DNA of 64,000 nucleotides from Christensenellales bacterium (GTDB lineage Bacteria; Bacillota; Clostridia; Christensenellales; JBMNTQ01), in contig JBMNTR010000010.1 in assembly GCA_050945835.1 (NCBI GenBank), positions 24,805-88,804 on the forward strand, in the 5' to 3' direction. The position numbers were made by a program, and so were the translations under genes. Under the pieces are notes generated by a model. That model was not told where the DNA came from and searched no databases. It saw nothing but the letters and a program-made list of their open reading frames with translations. Positions 1 to 8,441 of the stretch are shown one piece after another. Positions within the stretch are counted from its first letter, which is position 1. Every line of letters starts with the position of its first letter.

Positions 1-1
1 T

Positions 2-451
2 GAAACCGCCCATGGTGAACGCTTGGGTGCAGCGACCACCGTTTGGCTCGTATTGAACAGACAGACCAGACAAGTCACGCGGCTGCCGCTGGATTGCAAG
101 ATCACGCAGTATTCAGCGACTGAATACGAAGCGCCAATGGCGCAGCCCAGGCCTATTAAGTTCGGATTTCCGGTGGTGGCCACCCAAAAGCGCAGCGTGA
201 TGTATTCGGATCTGGATGAAAACATGCACATGAACAATACGCGCTACGCCGAATGGATCTGTGATCTGCTGGGCTATGAGAGGCTGCACGATGTGCAGAT
301 CAGCGAATTACAGATCAATTTCCTGCATGAATCGGATTGCACCAGAACCATGGAGCTGGAATTGTCTGAGCAGGGGCGGTCTTTTTGTGTGTGCGGCTAT
401 GACGAACAGGACCGCACACGGCTTTTTGAGGCGGAAGGGGTACTCAAATAA
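2..451 (+). CDS. acyl-[ACP] thioesterase, C-terminal part (5' end outside window)
   Basis: The frame of ORF 23..451 stays open to position 2. The translation (VWLVLNRQTRQVTRLP, YSDLDENMHMNNTRYAEW) resembles the second hotdog half of acyl-ACP thioesterases. Confidence 0.6.
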   Translation, partial: ETAHGERLGAATTVWLVLNRQTRQVTRLPLDCKITQYSATEYEAPMAQPRPIKFGFPVVATQKRSVMYSDLDENMHMNNTRYAEWICDLLGYERLHDVQISELQINFLHESDCTRTMELELSEQGRSFCVCGYDEQDRTRLFEAEGVLK

Positions 452-484
452 GGCTTAACACGGCCTAAGTGGGGAGAATGGCGG

Positions 485-1684
485 ATGGTGGCTAGAAAAT
501 TCCGTTTGAAGCTGAGGTTTTTTATCATCATAGGCGTGCTTGCGGCCATGGTGGTGCTGTTGGTTCTTCTTCTGTCTAAGGAGAAACAGACGGCACGCAT
601 ACAGATGGGAACGCTGACCTATGAAAATACGCTGGAAGCGGTGCTGGTGCGGGATGAGGATGTCTATACTTCCGAAACGTGGGGCAAGGTTACCTATCTG
701 GCGTCGGAAGGCGAGCGTGTCAGTAAAGGCGCTAAGATTGCGGTCGTCTATAAGAGCGGCTACAACGATAAGCTTCTCCAGGATCTGACGAATATTCAGC
801 AGGAAATCAACGACTACATCGAACAGAATGTGTTCCAGAGCGTCGTGCCCCCTCAGATCGAACAGATCAACGCAAAGATTCTCGATGCCTCGCAAAGGAT
901 CAGCAAGTCTGTGCGCGGCGAATCGGACGAGGATTTGCTGGTGCTGGAGCAGATCATGATTGACCTGCTGGAGCAGCGTATGACGCGCATGCGCCAGGAA
1001 GTCAAGGATCCGGATGACGCTTACAAGAAAAAACTCAGCGAAGAACAATCGCTGATTGAGCGGCTGGAGGCGTGGCGGTCGGATATCTATGCCGAGCAAG
1101 CGGGCATGGTCAGCTTCTTTTTCGATGGCTGTGAGAACTTTTTAAAACCGGACAGCATCCATCTATTGACTAAAAACGATATAGACAATCTGCTGACGGG
1201 CCGCTCCATTCACGACAAAACAGATACGGGCACAGGCGAGCCGCTGTATAGATTGGTGAACAACTACAAATGGTACTGTCTCTATTATGTAGACGGCAAT
1301 GATTCCCTGGAATTGACGGTGGACGAAAAATACAATGTCACCTTCGATGGTTTTTACGAACGGCCCTATGAAGGGAAGATCATCTCCGCCAACAATGTGG
1401 AAACGGGCACGCTGTTTGTGATGGAAATGACGGAGGATATCGGCCCGATGCTGAGTGTCCGGCAGGCGAATGCAGTATTCACCAAGCAATACGAAGGCGC
1501 CATCGTGCCGAATGAAGCGCTTCAAAAGGACGAGCACGGCACGGTGGGGATTAAGCTGATGAAAAATCAGGAGGAGGAGACGTTCGTTGCGGTCACGGTC
1601 GTTTATTCCAACGACCAAGGCGCGATCGTGGAACCGGTGGACGCACAGACGCCCCTGGAAGCGGGCATGACGGTCGTGCTGTAG
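485..1684 (+). CDS. HlyD/membrane-fusion-like protein (single N-terminal TM helix, coiled-coil middle)
   Basis: 399-aa ORF with SD GGGGAGA upstream. It has a TM helix (FFIIIGVLAAMVVLLVLLL), a charged helical central region and a beta-rich C-terminus. The family call is from architecture only. Confidence 0.4.
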   Translation: MVARKFRLKLRFFIIIGVLAAMVVLLVLLLSKEKQTARIQMGTLTYENTLEAVLVRDEDVYTSETWGKVTYLASEGERVSKGAKIAVVYKSGYNDKLLQDLTNIQQEINDYIEQNVFQSVVPPQIEQINAKILDASQRISKSVRGESDEDLLVLEQIMIDLLEQRMTRMRQEVKDPDDAYKKKLSEEQSLIERLEAWRSDIYAEQAGMVSFFFDGCENFLKPDSIHLLTKNDIDNLLTGRSIHDKTDTGTGEPLYRLVNNYKWYCLYYVDGNDSLELTVDEKYNVTFDGFYERPYEGKIISANNVETGTLFVMEMTEDIGPMLSVRQANAVFTKQYEGAIVPNEALQKDEHGTVGIKLMKNQEEETFVAVTVVYSNDQGAIVEPVDAQTPLEAGMTVVL

Positions 1685-1701
1685 AGAGGAGCCATACGAG
1701 C

Positions 1702-2376
1702 ATGGGGATTGCGCGTAATATAGAGCGCATAAAAAATCGAATAGATGAGGCCGCGCACAGAGGCGGCTACGACCATGAAGCAGTCAGGCTGATCGCCGTT
1801 ACCAAATTTGCGCACACCGAACAAATCCGGCAAGTGATCGAAAACGGCGTCTATGATCTGGGCGAAAACAAGGTGCAAAGCTTGATTTCCAAGCTTGAAT
1901 CGCTGCCTTTATGCGCAAGATGGAATTTTATTGGACATTTACAAAAAAATAAGATAAAATATCTTATTAAAGCAGTGCATATGATTCATTCTGTGGATTC
2001 GGTTGCACTGGCTCAAAAAATCGATCAGCACGCCCAAAAAGAAAAAACGGTGGTCCCAGTGCTTTTGCAGGTGAATGTGGCGAAAGAAGCCACTAAATCC
2101 GGATTCTATGTGGAACAATTACAGAAAGCGGTCACAGAGATCGCCGGATTGGAGCATATCCGTTTGAGCGGGCTGATGTCTATCATGCCGCTGTGTGACG
2201 CAGGGGTGCTCAGGCCATACTTTCAAGAAATGCGCCGGTTGTTTGTGGATATCAGGCAAAAGCAGGGTGATGCGTTTCAATGGCTGTCCATGGGCATGTC
2301 CAACGATTATGAAATTGCGGTTGAAGAGGGTGCCAATATGGTGCGTATTGGATCTGCAATATTTTGTGATGAATGA
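1702..2376 (+). CDS. yggS: YggS/YlmE family pyridoxal-phosphate homeostasis protein
   Basis: 224 aa with VTKFAHTEQIRQVIENGVYDLGENKVQ and a C-terminal LSMGMSNDYEIAVEEGANMVRIGSAIF, typical of the YggS family. It sits directly upstream of sepF, as in other Firmicutes. Confidence 0.85.
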   Translation: MGIARNIERIKNRIDEAAHRGGYDHEAVRLIAVTKFAHTEQIRQVIENGVYDLGENKVQSLISKLESLPLCARWNFIGHLQKNKIKYLIKAVHMIHSVDSVALAQKIDQHAQKEKTVVPVLLQVNVAKEATKSGFYVEQLQKAVTEIAGLEHIRLSGLMSIMPLCDAGVLRPYFQEMRRLFVDIRQKQGDAFQWLSMGMSNDYEIAVEEGANMVRIGSAIFCDE

Positions 2377-2415
2377 CTTTAAACGGGAAACGACCGATAA
2401 AGGAGGCAAAGCAGT

Positions 2416-2898
2416 ATGGCAAAATTGTTTAACAAAATCTTAGGAGCAATCGGCATCGAAGATACAGATCTGGAAGACGAATACTTTGAAGAGGAGGATT
2501 CCTTCGACGTTCAGCAGGAAGAGTATGTGCCCGAGCCGGAGCCTATCTCCTATTCTTCCCCAAGGGAAAAAAGAAGCAAGGTGGTCAATATGCCTTCGCA
2601 TCCCAGTGCCAACACAAAGATGGTGGTCTATCAGCCTACAGGCTATGATGACACACAGCGCATCATCGATTACTTAAAAAGCCATAGGACGGTCATCGTG
2701 AACCTGGAAATGCTGGATATCGAAATCGCGCAGCGTGTGCTGGATTTCATGAGCGGCGCCATCTATTCGCTCAATGGAACCATCCATAAGGTGTCCAAAG
2801 GGATTTTTCTGCTGGCGCCTTTTAATGTGGATATCACCGGCAACGCCATAGACGAAACGAATACATTTTACAATATGAACAACCGCGAAAGCAAGTGA
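2416..2898 (+). CDS. sepF: cell division protein SepF
   Basis: 160 aa with an acidic N-terminal region followed by MVVYQPTGYDDTQRIIDYLKSHRTVIVNLEMLDIEIAQRVLDFMSGAIYSLNGTIHKVSKGIFLLAP (SepF core). SD AAAGGAGG upstream. Confidence 0.85.
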   Translation: MAKLFNKILGAIGIEDTDLEDEYFEEEDSFDVQQEEYVPEPEPISYSSPREKRSKVVNMPSHPSANTKMVVYQPTGYDDTQRIIDYLKSHRTVIVNLEMLDIEIAQRVLDFMSGAIYSLNGTIHKVSKGIFLLAPFNVDITGNAIDETNTFYNMNNRESK

Positions 2899-2992
2899 GT
2901 GCTTGCGGGTGCGTTCATAACTAAAAGAATCGGTGTATTTTTTGTACGCTTTTGCGCCAGAATAACCATAATAATCATGGTGTGAGCGTATT

Positions 2993-3388
2993 ATGTGTTT
3001 TAAAAAGAAAACGATTGTGAAGAACCCTGAATACTACTATAAAGAGATAGACGAAGCCGCAGGCGGCGGGGCTGATGCACCGGAAGACGACATCACCCGG
3101 CTTAAGAAAATCCTTCATCGCGTTGCCTATTCGATGGAGCGCATTAAGATGGGGGAATACATCGAATATCTGTCCAGTCCGCGCAAGATCTTTTTTAAAA
3201 GCCTGTTGTCAGGCATAGGCCGCGGATTTGGTTTTGCCATCGGGTTTACGCTGCTGGGCGCATTGGTGATCGTGCTGCTGCAACAGCTGGCGACGGACAG
3301 CATCCCGGTGATCGGAAAGTTTATCGCGGAAATCATCGAAGTGGTGGAGTCGCTTTCGAAAAGCAGCAGCTATAAAGGATATTATTAA
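2993..3388 (+). CDS. DUF5665-like small membrane protein
   Basis: 131 aa. ERIKMGEYIEYLSSPRKIFFKSLLSGIGRGFGFAIGFTLLGALVIVLLQQL matches my recollection of the DUF5665 core. The N-terminal boundary is uncertain. Confidence 0.5.
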   Translation: MCFKKKTIVKNPEYYYKEIDEAAGGGADAPEDDITRLKKILHRVAYSMERIKMGEYIEYLSSPRKIFFKSLLSGIGRGFGFAIGFTLLGALVIVLLQQLATDSIPVIGKFIAEIIEVVESLSKSSSYKGYY

Positions 3389-3417
3389 ATAAAGGTGCGC
3401 CGAAAGAAACCGGCGCT

Positions 3418-3999
3418 GTGGTTTTAATGTTACAAATCATTATCATTGTCATCGCTATTGCAGCGGATCAGATTTCTAAAATCGCGGTTGTGGACTGGCT
3501 GCAGGTTCCGGGCACCACTTCAGTTCTGATTGAAGATGTGCTCAGCTTCACGTACGTGCAGAACACCGGTGCTGCGTTCGGGCTGATGTCGGGCGCTGTG
3601 TGGCTGTTTGTGCCTGTTACGGCGCTGATGTGTGCGGCGCTGCTTGGCTATATGTATAAAAAGAAGGATCTGCATTGGCTGGCGAAGGTATCGCTTTCGC
3701 TGATCGTAGCGGGCGGTATCGGCAATTTGATCGACCGGCTGGCATTGGGCTATGTGCGGGATTTCATCGAGTTTACCTTTGTCCGGTTCTATACGTTCAA
3801 TGTGGCGGATATCTGTGTGACCTGCGGCGCCTTTGTGCTCATCGTGATACTCATACGATCCGAAATCAAAAGCTGGAGGGAATCGAAACAGTCTTGTGAT
3901 CAGGAAGAGGATCCCCAGGGCGAAGACACGACAAAAGCTTCAAAGCCGCACTACAGGGAATTGAACGACGCGGAAAACGCCTACCATGAAAACGCTTGA
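3418..3999 (+). CDS. lspA: lipoprotein signal peptidase II
   Basis: Four TM segments with LspA motifs (NTGAAFG, GGIGNLIDRLALGYVRDFIEF, FNVADICVTCGA). The start could instead be the ATG at 3427. Confidence 0.85.
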   Translation: MVLMLQIIIIVIAIAADQISKIAVVDWLQVPGTTSVLIEDVLSFTYVQNTGAAFGLMSGAVWLFVPVTALMCAALLGYMYKKKDLHWLAKVSLSLIVAGGIGNLIDRLALGYVRDFIEFTFVRFYTFNVADICVTCGAFVLIVILIRSEIKSWRESKQSCDQEEDPQGEDTTKASKPHYRELNDAENAYHENA

Positions 4000-4888
4000 A
4001 TTCCATTGTCAGCACGAAGGGGAGCGTCTGGATGTCTATTTAGCAGGTGCGACACAGAGAACCCGTTCGAATATACAAGGGCTCATCCATTCTGGACATG
4101 TCACTGTAAATCAAAAGATAAGAAAAGCAAATTATAAGCTGTGCGCCGGCGACAGAGTGCTGTTGCATATCCCCAAACCCGTTTCGGTGGACATTGAGCC
4201 GCAAGACATCGCGCTGGACATCGTCTATCAGGATGACGATATCGCGGTGATCAACAAACCGAAAGGCTTGGTGGTGCATCCGGCTACCGGCAATGAGAGC
4301 GGCACGCTGGTGAATGCACTCATGTATCATATGACGCTTTCCGGTATCAACGGGGAGCTGCGGCCCGGCATCGTACACCGGATCGATAAAGACACATCAG
4401 GGCTCTTGGTCATCGCCAAGAACGACGATGCGCACATCTTTTTAGCCGAACAGATCAAGCGCCATGCGGTCGAACGCCTTTACGGCGCGTTGGTGCATGG
4501 CAACCTCGAAGAGGACACAGGCGTTGTGGATGCGCCCATCGGGCGGCACCCTAAGGACAGAAAACGCATGGCTGTGCTGCAAAAGGGCCGGGAGGCTTGC
4601 ACGCATTATACCGTGCTGGAGCGCTTCGGCGAAGCGACGCTGCTGGATATCGCGCTCAAGACAGGACGCACACACCAGATCCGTGTGCACATGCAGCATA
4701 TCCGCCATCCGCTGCTGGGGGACAAAACATACGGCGGGAAGCCTTCTTATCAACTCAAAAGCCAGGCGCTGCACGCGCGCCAACTGACGCTGACGCATCC
4801 GCGCACAAAACAAAAAATGACATTCGCTGCGCCCTTTCCGCAGGACTTTTTGCATGCCTTAAACGCGCTGCGCGACAAGCAAGGCTGA
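3986..4888 (+). CDS. rluD: RluA-family 23S rRNA pseudouridine synthase (RluD-like)
   Basis: 300 aa with an N-terminal S4-like domain, the catalytic motif HRIDKDTSGLLVIAKND and a C-terminal KTGRTHQIRVH. It overlaps the lspA stop, as in the usual lspA-rluD pairing. Confidence 0.85.
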   Translation: MKTLEFHCQHEGERLDVYLAGATQRTRSNIQGLIHSGHVTVNQKIRKANYKLCAGDRVLLHIPKPVSVDIEPQDIALDIVYQDDDIAVINKPKGLVVHPATGNESGTLVNALMYHMTLSGINGELRPGIVHRIDKDTSGLLVIAKNDDAHIFLAEQIKRHAVERLYGALVHGNLEEDTGVVDAPIGRHPKDRKRMAVLQKGREACTHYTVLERFGEATLLDIALKTGRTHQIRVHMQHIRHPLLGDKTYGGKPSYQLKSQALHARQLTLTHPRTKQKMTFAAPFPQDFLHALNALRDKQG

Positions 4889-5053
4889 CTGAATACCCCA
4901 ACGGGGCGTGGGTTGAAATTTGGATGGCAAGATCATCCACAACAACCGCATGGTCGCTCTCCGCAGGGAGGGCGCGGGTTGAAATAATCTATACTCTGAA
5001 AAGCAAGCCGGATCATGTGTGTTGCTCTTTGTGCGAAGGGTTCCAAAAGCTTA
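4887..5053 (+). CRISPR. degenerate three-repeat CRISPR-like remnant with a subtype I-C-like repeat; no cas genes in window
   Basis: The best repeat is 4953-4985, GTCGCTCTCCGCAGGGAGGGCGCGGGTTGAAAT (8-bp stem, 4-nt loop, GTTGAAAT tail). 4887-4919 matches it at 20/33 positions (15 of the last 16). 5021-5053 matches at 17/33 (14 of the first 20). The unique intervals are 33 and 35 nt. Confidence 0.4.
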
Positions 5054-5202
5054 CAGGTGGTGCCGCTAACCATAAGGGGCATGGACGCGGGCAAAAAATA
5101 TCGTGCGCCGCAAAGCATCATGCAGCAGAAACCGCCCCAAAAGAAGCGAGGCCGAAAGGACGAACAGGAGAATGCGGGCGCAAGGCATACCCCGCTCGGC
5201 GG

Positions 5203-6948
5203 TCAAACCTTTTCGATGCCATCGATCAGATCTTTAGACGGCGTGACAAACGCCGTCTTATAATCCGTATAGATGACCATACCCGGCTTGGCACCGCCGG
5301 GCTTTTTCACATAACGGCGCAAACAATAGTCTACGGGTACATTGGAAGCGCCGCCGGCCTTGCTGTGGTGCGCCGCGAGCAGTGCCGCTTCATAGGTTGC
5401 TGCATCGCTGACAGCACCGCCCTGCGCCTTCACGATGACGTGTGAGCCCGGTGTTTTTTTGGCGTGCAGCCACAGATCGTCCGGGTGCGCGCTCTTGAGC
5501 GTGAGCCGGTCGTTCTGCGCGTTGTTCTTGCCCACATAGATGTCGTGTCCATCCGACGAGCGGTAATGCAGGGGCGCGGAAGGTGTTATTCGAATACGCT
5601 TTTTCGTATACACCGGTTTGAGATACCCGCCCTGCTCCAACTCAATGCGGATCTCATCCAGTTCGGAGGGCAGCGTGCTCTGTTCAACCGCATAGAGCTG
5701 GCCGTCGAGATAATCTATTTCAGAACGCGTAAAGTCGATGTTTTCGCCCGCGAGTTTGCGCGCTGTCTTCGCTTTTTGATACAGCTTATAGTAGCGCTGT
5801 GCGTTGGCGTTCATGCTGAGCCGCGCATCCAGCGGAATTTCAATCTCTTCCGATGTGTAGTAATTCAGCACGCGCACACGCTCGCCGCGCGTGTGCATGT
5901 GCAGGTTTGCAGTGAGCAATTCGCCGTAAAGCCGGTATTGCTCCGCTTTTTGAGTTTGTTCGATGGTCTCGATCTGCATGGCGAGCTTCTTGTGGAGTTT
6001 GTCCAGCCGATGCTTGATGGCCTTGTGCAGCCCTTGCGCACGCTGGCGCTGGCGTTGCTGATCTTCCCGAAGATGATAGTATAGATGCAACGCTGCGCTT
6101 GGGCCGTCGGTCTTGATTTGCACATTCTGCGCATACATATGATAGGCAAAGGGCAAAAAGCCAAAGGGCGGTTCGCCGTTCTGCTGGAGAATTCTTGCGT
6201 CGTAATCGCCATCGCGAACGGAGGAGAAGAAGTCATATGCGGTCTTGGCCACGCAAAGCTGATCCTGCGCGCGCAGAGTGCCGGCATACGCCTCGCGGCC
6301 CAGCGCCCGAAACACGATTTCCTGCGCCGCGACATAAGAGACGCCGGACAACGAAGAAGCGATCCATTTATACAACGGCCCCTTACCGTCATATGTCTGT
6401 AAAAGGGCATGCAGCGCGTCTGCAGACAGGGTGAGCGGATCGGCTTTATGCTGCGTTGGTGCAGGCTCATACATCAAGCCGGGCAGCACGAGCCTTTTGC
6501 TGCTCATGGAGGCATGCACATGCTTGATGCTGTCCAGTATGCGTTGTGTGCCATCCAACAGCATGATATTGCTGTGCCGCCCCATCATCTCGCATATCAG
6601 CGTATACACCACCGGATCGCCCAGCTCGCTGCGGGATTGAAAATCGATGCGCAACACACGCTCTAAACCTGTCTGTTCGATACACAGTATGCGCGCGCCG
6701 TTTAAGCGTTTGCGCAGCAGCATACAAAACGCGGGCGGAACGGGCGGATTTTGTCTGGCTTCAAATATCAGCCCTGCGCGGCAATTGGAAGCGTTGGCGC
6801 TCAGCAGCAGCCTGTGCGTGCCTCTGTTGTGTATGAATAGGAGTATTTCGTCTTTTTCAGGCATGTGGATCTTTTCCACTTTGCCGCCCAGCAGCGTTTC
6901 CTGTAACTCGTTTGCAACGGCTCTGAGCATAATTCCATCGATGATCAT
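5203..6948 (-). CDS. rqcH: NFACT-family ribosome quality control protein (FbpA/RqcH)
   Basis: 581 aa. The N-terminus MIIDGIMLRAVANELQETLLGGKVEKIHMPEKDEILLFI (NFACT-N), a central coiled coil, and C-terminal SSDGHDIYVGKNNAQND...WLHAKKTPGSHVIV (NFACT-R/DUF814) fit the family. Confidence 0.8.
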   Translation of the reverse strand: MIIDGIMLRAVANELQETLLGGKVEKIHMPEKDEILLFIHNRGTHRLLLSANASNCRAGLIFEARQNPPVPPAFCMLLRKRLNGARILCIEQTGLERVLRIDFQSRSELGDPVVYTLICEMMGRHSNIMLLDGTQRILDSIKHVHASMSSKRLVLPGLMYEPAPTQHKADPLTLSADALHALLQTYDGKGPLYKWIASSLSGVSYVAAQEIVFRALGREAYAGTLRAQDQLCVAKTAYDFFSSVRDGDYDARILQQNGEPPFGFLPFAYHMYAQNVQIKTDGPSAALHLYYHLREDQQRQRQRAQGLHKAIKHRLDKLHKKLAMQIETIEQTQKAEQYRLYGELLTANLHMHTRGERVRVLNYYTSEEIEIPLDARLSMNANAQRYYKLYQKAKTARKLAGENIDFTRSEIDYLDGQLYAVEQSTLPSELDEIRIELEQGGYLKPVYTKKRIRITPSAPLHYRSSDGHDIYVGKNNAQNDRLTLKSAHPDDLWLHAKKTPGSHVIVKAQGGAVSDAATYEAALLAAHHSKAGGASNVPVDYCLRRYVKKPGGAKPGMVIYTDYKTAFVTPSKDLIDGIEKV

Positions 6949-7207
6949 ATGTTTTCTCCTGATGTTCTAAAAAGATTCCTGCCCGCCGCCCTCAGGCGCA
7001 AAGCGCAAGGATCCAAGGTTTTTCATAGGACATCCGCCCAGGAGTGTTTGACAACACAGGGCGGCTTTTCTTCATGATAGCATAATCATAGCCTATTGTG
7101 CGACAGTCGTTTTCAGCAGGGAGCAAGCTTTGCTGAAAAGGACTGTGCAAAGCAGCACCGGCAAAGGCGGACATTTTTGCCAGCGCCTTTAAAACCAAGC
7201 TGAAGCC

Positions 7208-7236
7208 TTGCATTACAAGGCTCGTTGCAGTATAAT
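7208..7236 (+). promoter_or_regulatory. sigma-A type promoter upstream of serC (TTGCAT-17 nt-TATAAT)
   Basis: -35 TTGCAT at 7208-7213, an exact 17-nt spacer, and -10 TATAAT at 7231-7236. This would give an approximately 90-nt leader before the serC ATG at 7332. Confidence 0.5.
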
Positions 7237-7331
7237 TATCTGGTGTGCTCCGACTAAAACAAGACGATATATAAGGGGCATCGTTGAAGGTATTTGATCA
7301 TACATAGATTATTTTTAAAGGGGTAATCGGG

Positions 7332-8417
7332 ATGCGAGCTTATAATTTTGCCGCGGGTCCGGCATGTCTGCCGGAAGAGGTCTTGAAGAAGGCACAAAAC
7401 GAAATATTGAATTATCAAAACACCGGCATGTCTGTCATGGAGATGACGCATCGTTCTAAATTATTCGTTGATATCATAGAAGGCGCTGAGATGTCGCTGC
7501 GCCGGCTCATGGGTATTCCCGGGGATTATGAGGTGCTGTTTTTACAAGGGGGCGCTTCGACCCAGTTTGCCATGGTACCCTTAAACCTGATGCACAATAG
7601 GAAAATAGATGTCATACACACCGGCGTTTGGTCGAAGAAGGCCATTGCGGAAGCGAAGCGGTATGGTGAAGTGAACGTGGTTGCGAGCAGCGAAGATCAG
7701 GATTTCACCTACATTCCGCAGCCGGACGCGCCGGCGTTTTCCGATGACGCGGATTATGTGCATATTGTGAGCAACAACACCATCTACGGCACGCGCTATC
7801 GCAAGCTGCCCGCAACAGGAGACAGGTTGCTGGTGGCGGATATGTCCTCGAATATATTGAGCGAGCAGAGCGAAGTGATGGATGTCAGCCGCTATGGGCT
7901 GATCTTCGCGGGCGCGCAGAAGAATATAGGCCCGGCGGGCGTGACCATTGTGATCATACGCAAGGATTTGGTTCAAGAAGCGCTGCCCTTTACGCCTACC
8001 ATGCTGCGCTATGAGACACACATAAAGGAACGCTCCTTGTTCAACACACCGCCTACCTACATCATCTACATGGCGAAGCTGGTTTTTGAATGGCTGCTCA
8101 GCTTGGGCGGCGTAGGCGCAATCCAGAAGATCAACGAAGAGAAAGCGGAAATTCTCTATGATTATTTAGACGAATCAAAGCTGTTTCGCCCCACAGTACA
8201 CGGGGAGCACCGTTCGCTGATGAATGTGCCCTTCGTCACAGGGAATGAGGAGACGGACGCACAGTTTATTCAGGAAGCGGCGCAAAACGGTTTGTTAAAC
8301 CTCAAAGGACACCGGATTGTGGGCGGTATGCGTGCGAGCATCTATAATGCGATGCCTGTTGAAGGTGTGCGCGCGCTGGTGCGGTTTATGCAGCAGTTTG
8401 AAGCGAACAGCCGGTAG
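7332..8417 (+). CDS. serC: 3-phosphoserine aminotransferase
   Basis: 361 aa. The N-terminus MRAYNFAAGPACLPEEVLKKAQNEILNYQNTGMSVMEMTHRSK is diagnostic of SerC. It is followed by serA. Confidence 0.9.
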   Translation: MRAYNFAAGPACLPEEVLKKAQNEILNYQNTGMSVMEMTHRSKLFVDIIEGAEMSLRRLMGIPGDYEVLFLQGGASTQFAMVPLNLMHNRKIDVIHTGVWSKKAIAEAKRYGEVNVVASSEDQDFTYIPQPDAPAFSDDADYVHIVSNNTIYGTRYRKLPATGDRLLVADMSSNILSEQSEVMDVSRYGLIFAGAQKNIGPAGVTIVIIRKDLVQEALPFTPTMLRYETHIKERSLFNTPPTYIIYMAKLVFEWLLSLGGVGAIQKINEEKAEILYDYLDESKLFRPTVHGEHRSLMNVPFVTGNEETDAQFIQEAAQNGLLNLKGHRIVGGMRASIYNAMPVEGVRALVRFMQQFEANSR

Positions 8418-8441
8418 GACTGTTACGAAAGGGTGGTTTCA

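Noticed and set aside
5066-5099. Possible fourth CRISPR-like repeat (…GGACGCGGGCAAAAAAT resembles GGGCGCGGGTTGAAAT)
   Set aside because: It would start only about 13 nt after repeat 3, breaking the 66-68-nt periodicity. The similarity is limited to about 9 nt. I did not count it as part of the array.
4597-5445. 282-aa plus-strand ORF spanning the rluD 3' end, the CRISPR-like spacer region and the rqcH 3' end
   Set aside because: It is out of frame with rluD and antisense to rqcH, and its composition is Arg/Ala-rich with no recognisable domain and no SD. The sequence it covers is better explained by the two flanking genes plus the repeat remnant.
6992-7213. 73-aa minus-strand ORF in the rqcH-serC spacer
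   Set aside because: There is no SD upstream of its ATG and no recognisable motif. It overlaps the predicted serC -35 element. The region is more likely non-coding.
7237-7331. T-box or amino-acid riboswitch in the serC leader
   Set aside because: The leader of about 90 nt is too short for a T-box. It lacks the specifier-loop and T-box sequence, and no terminator/antiterminator pair is visible.
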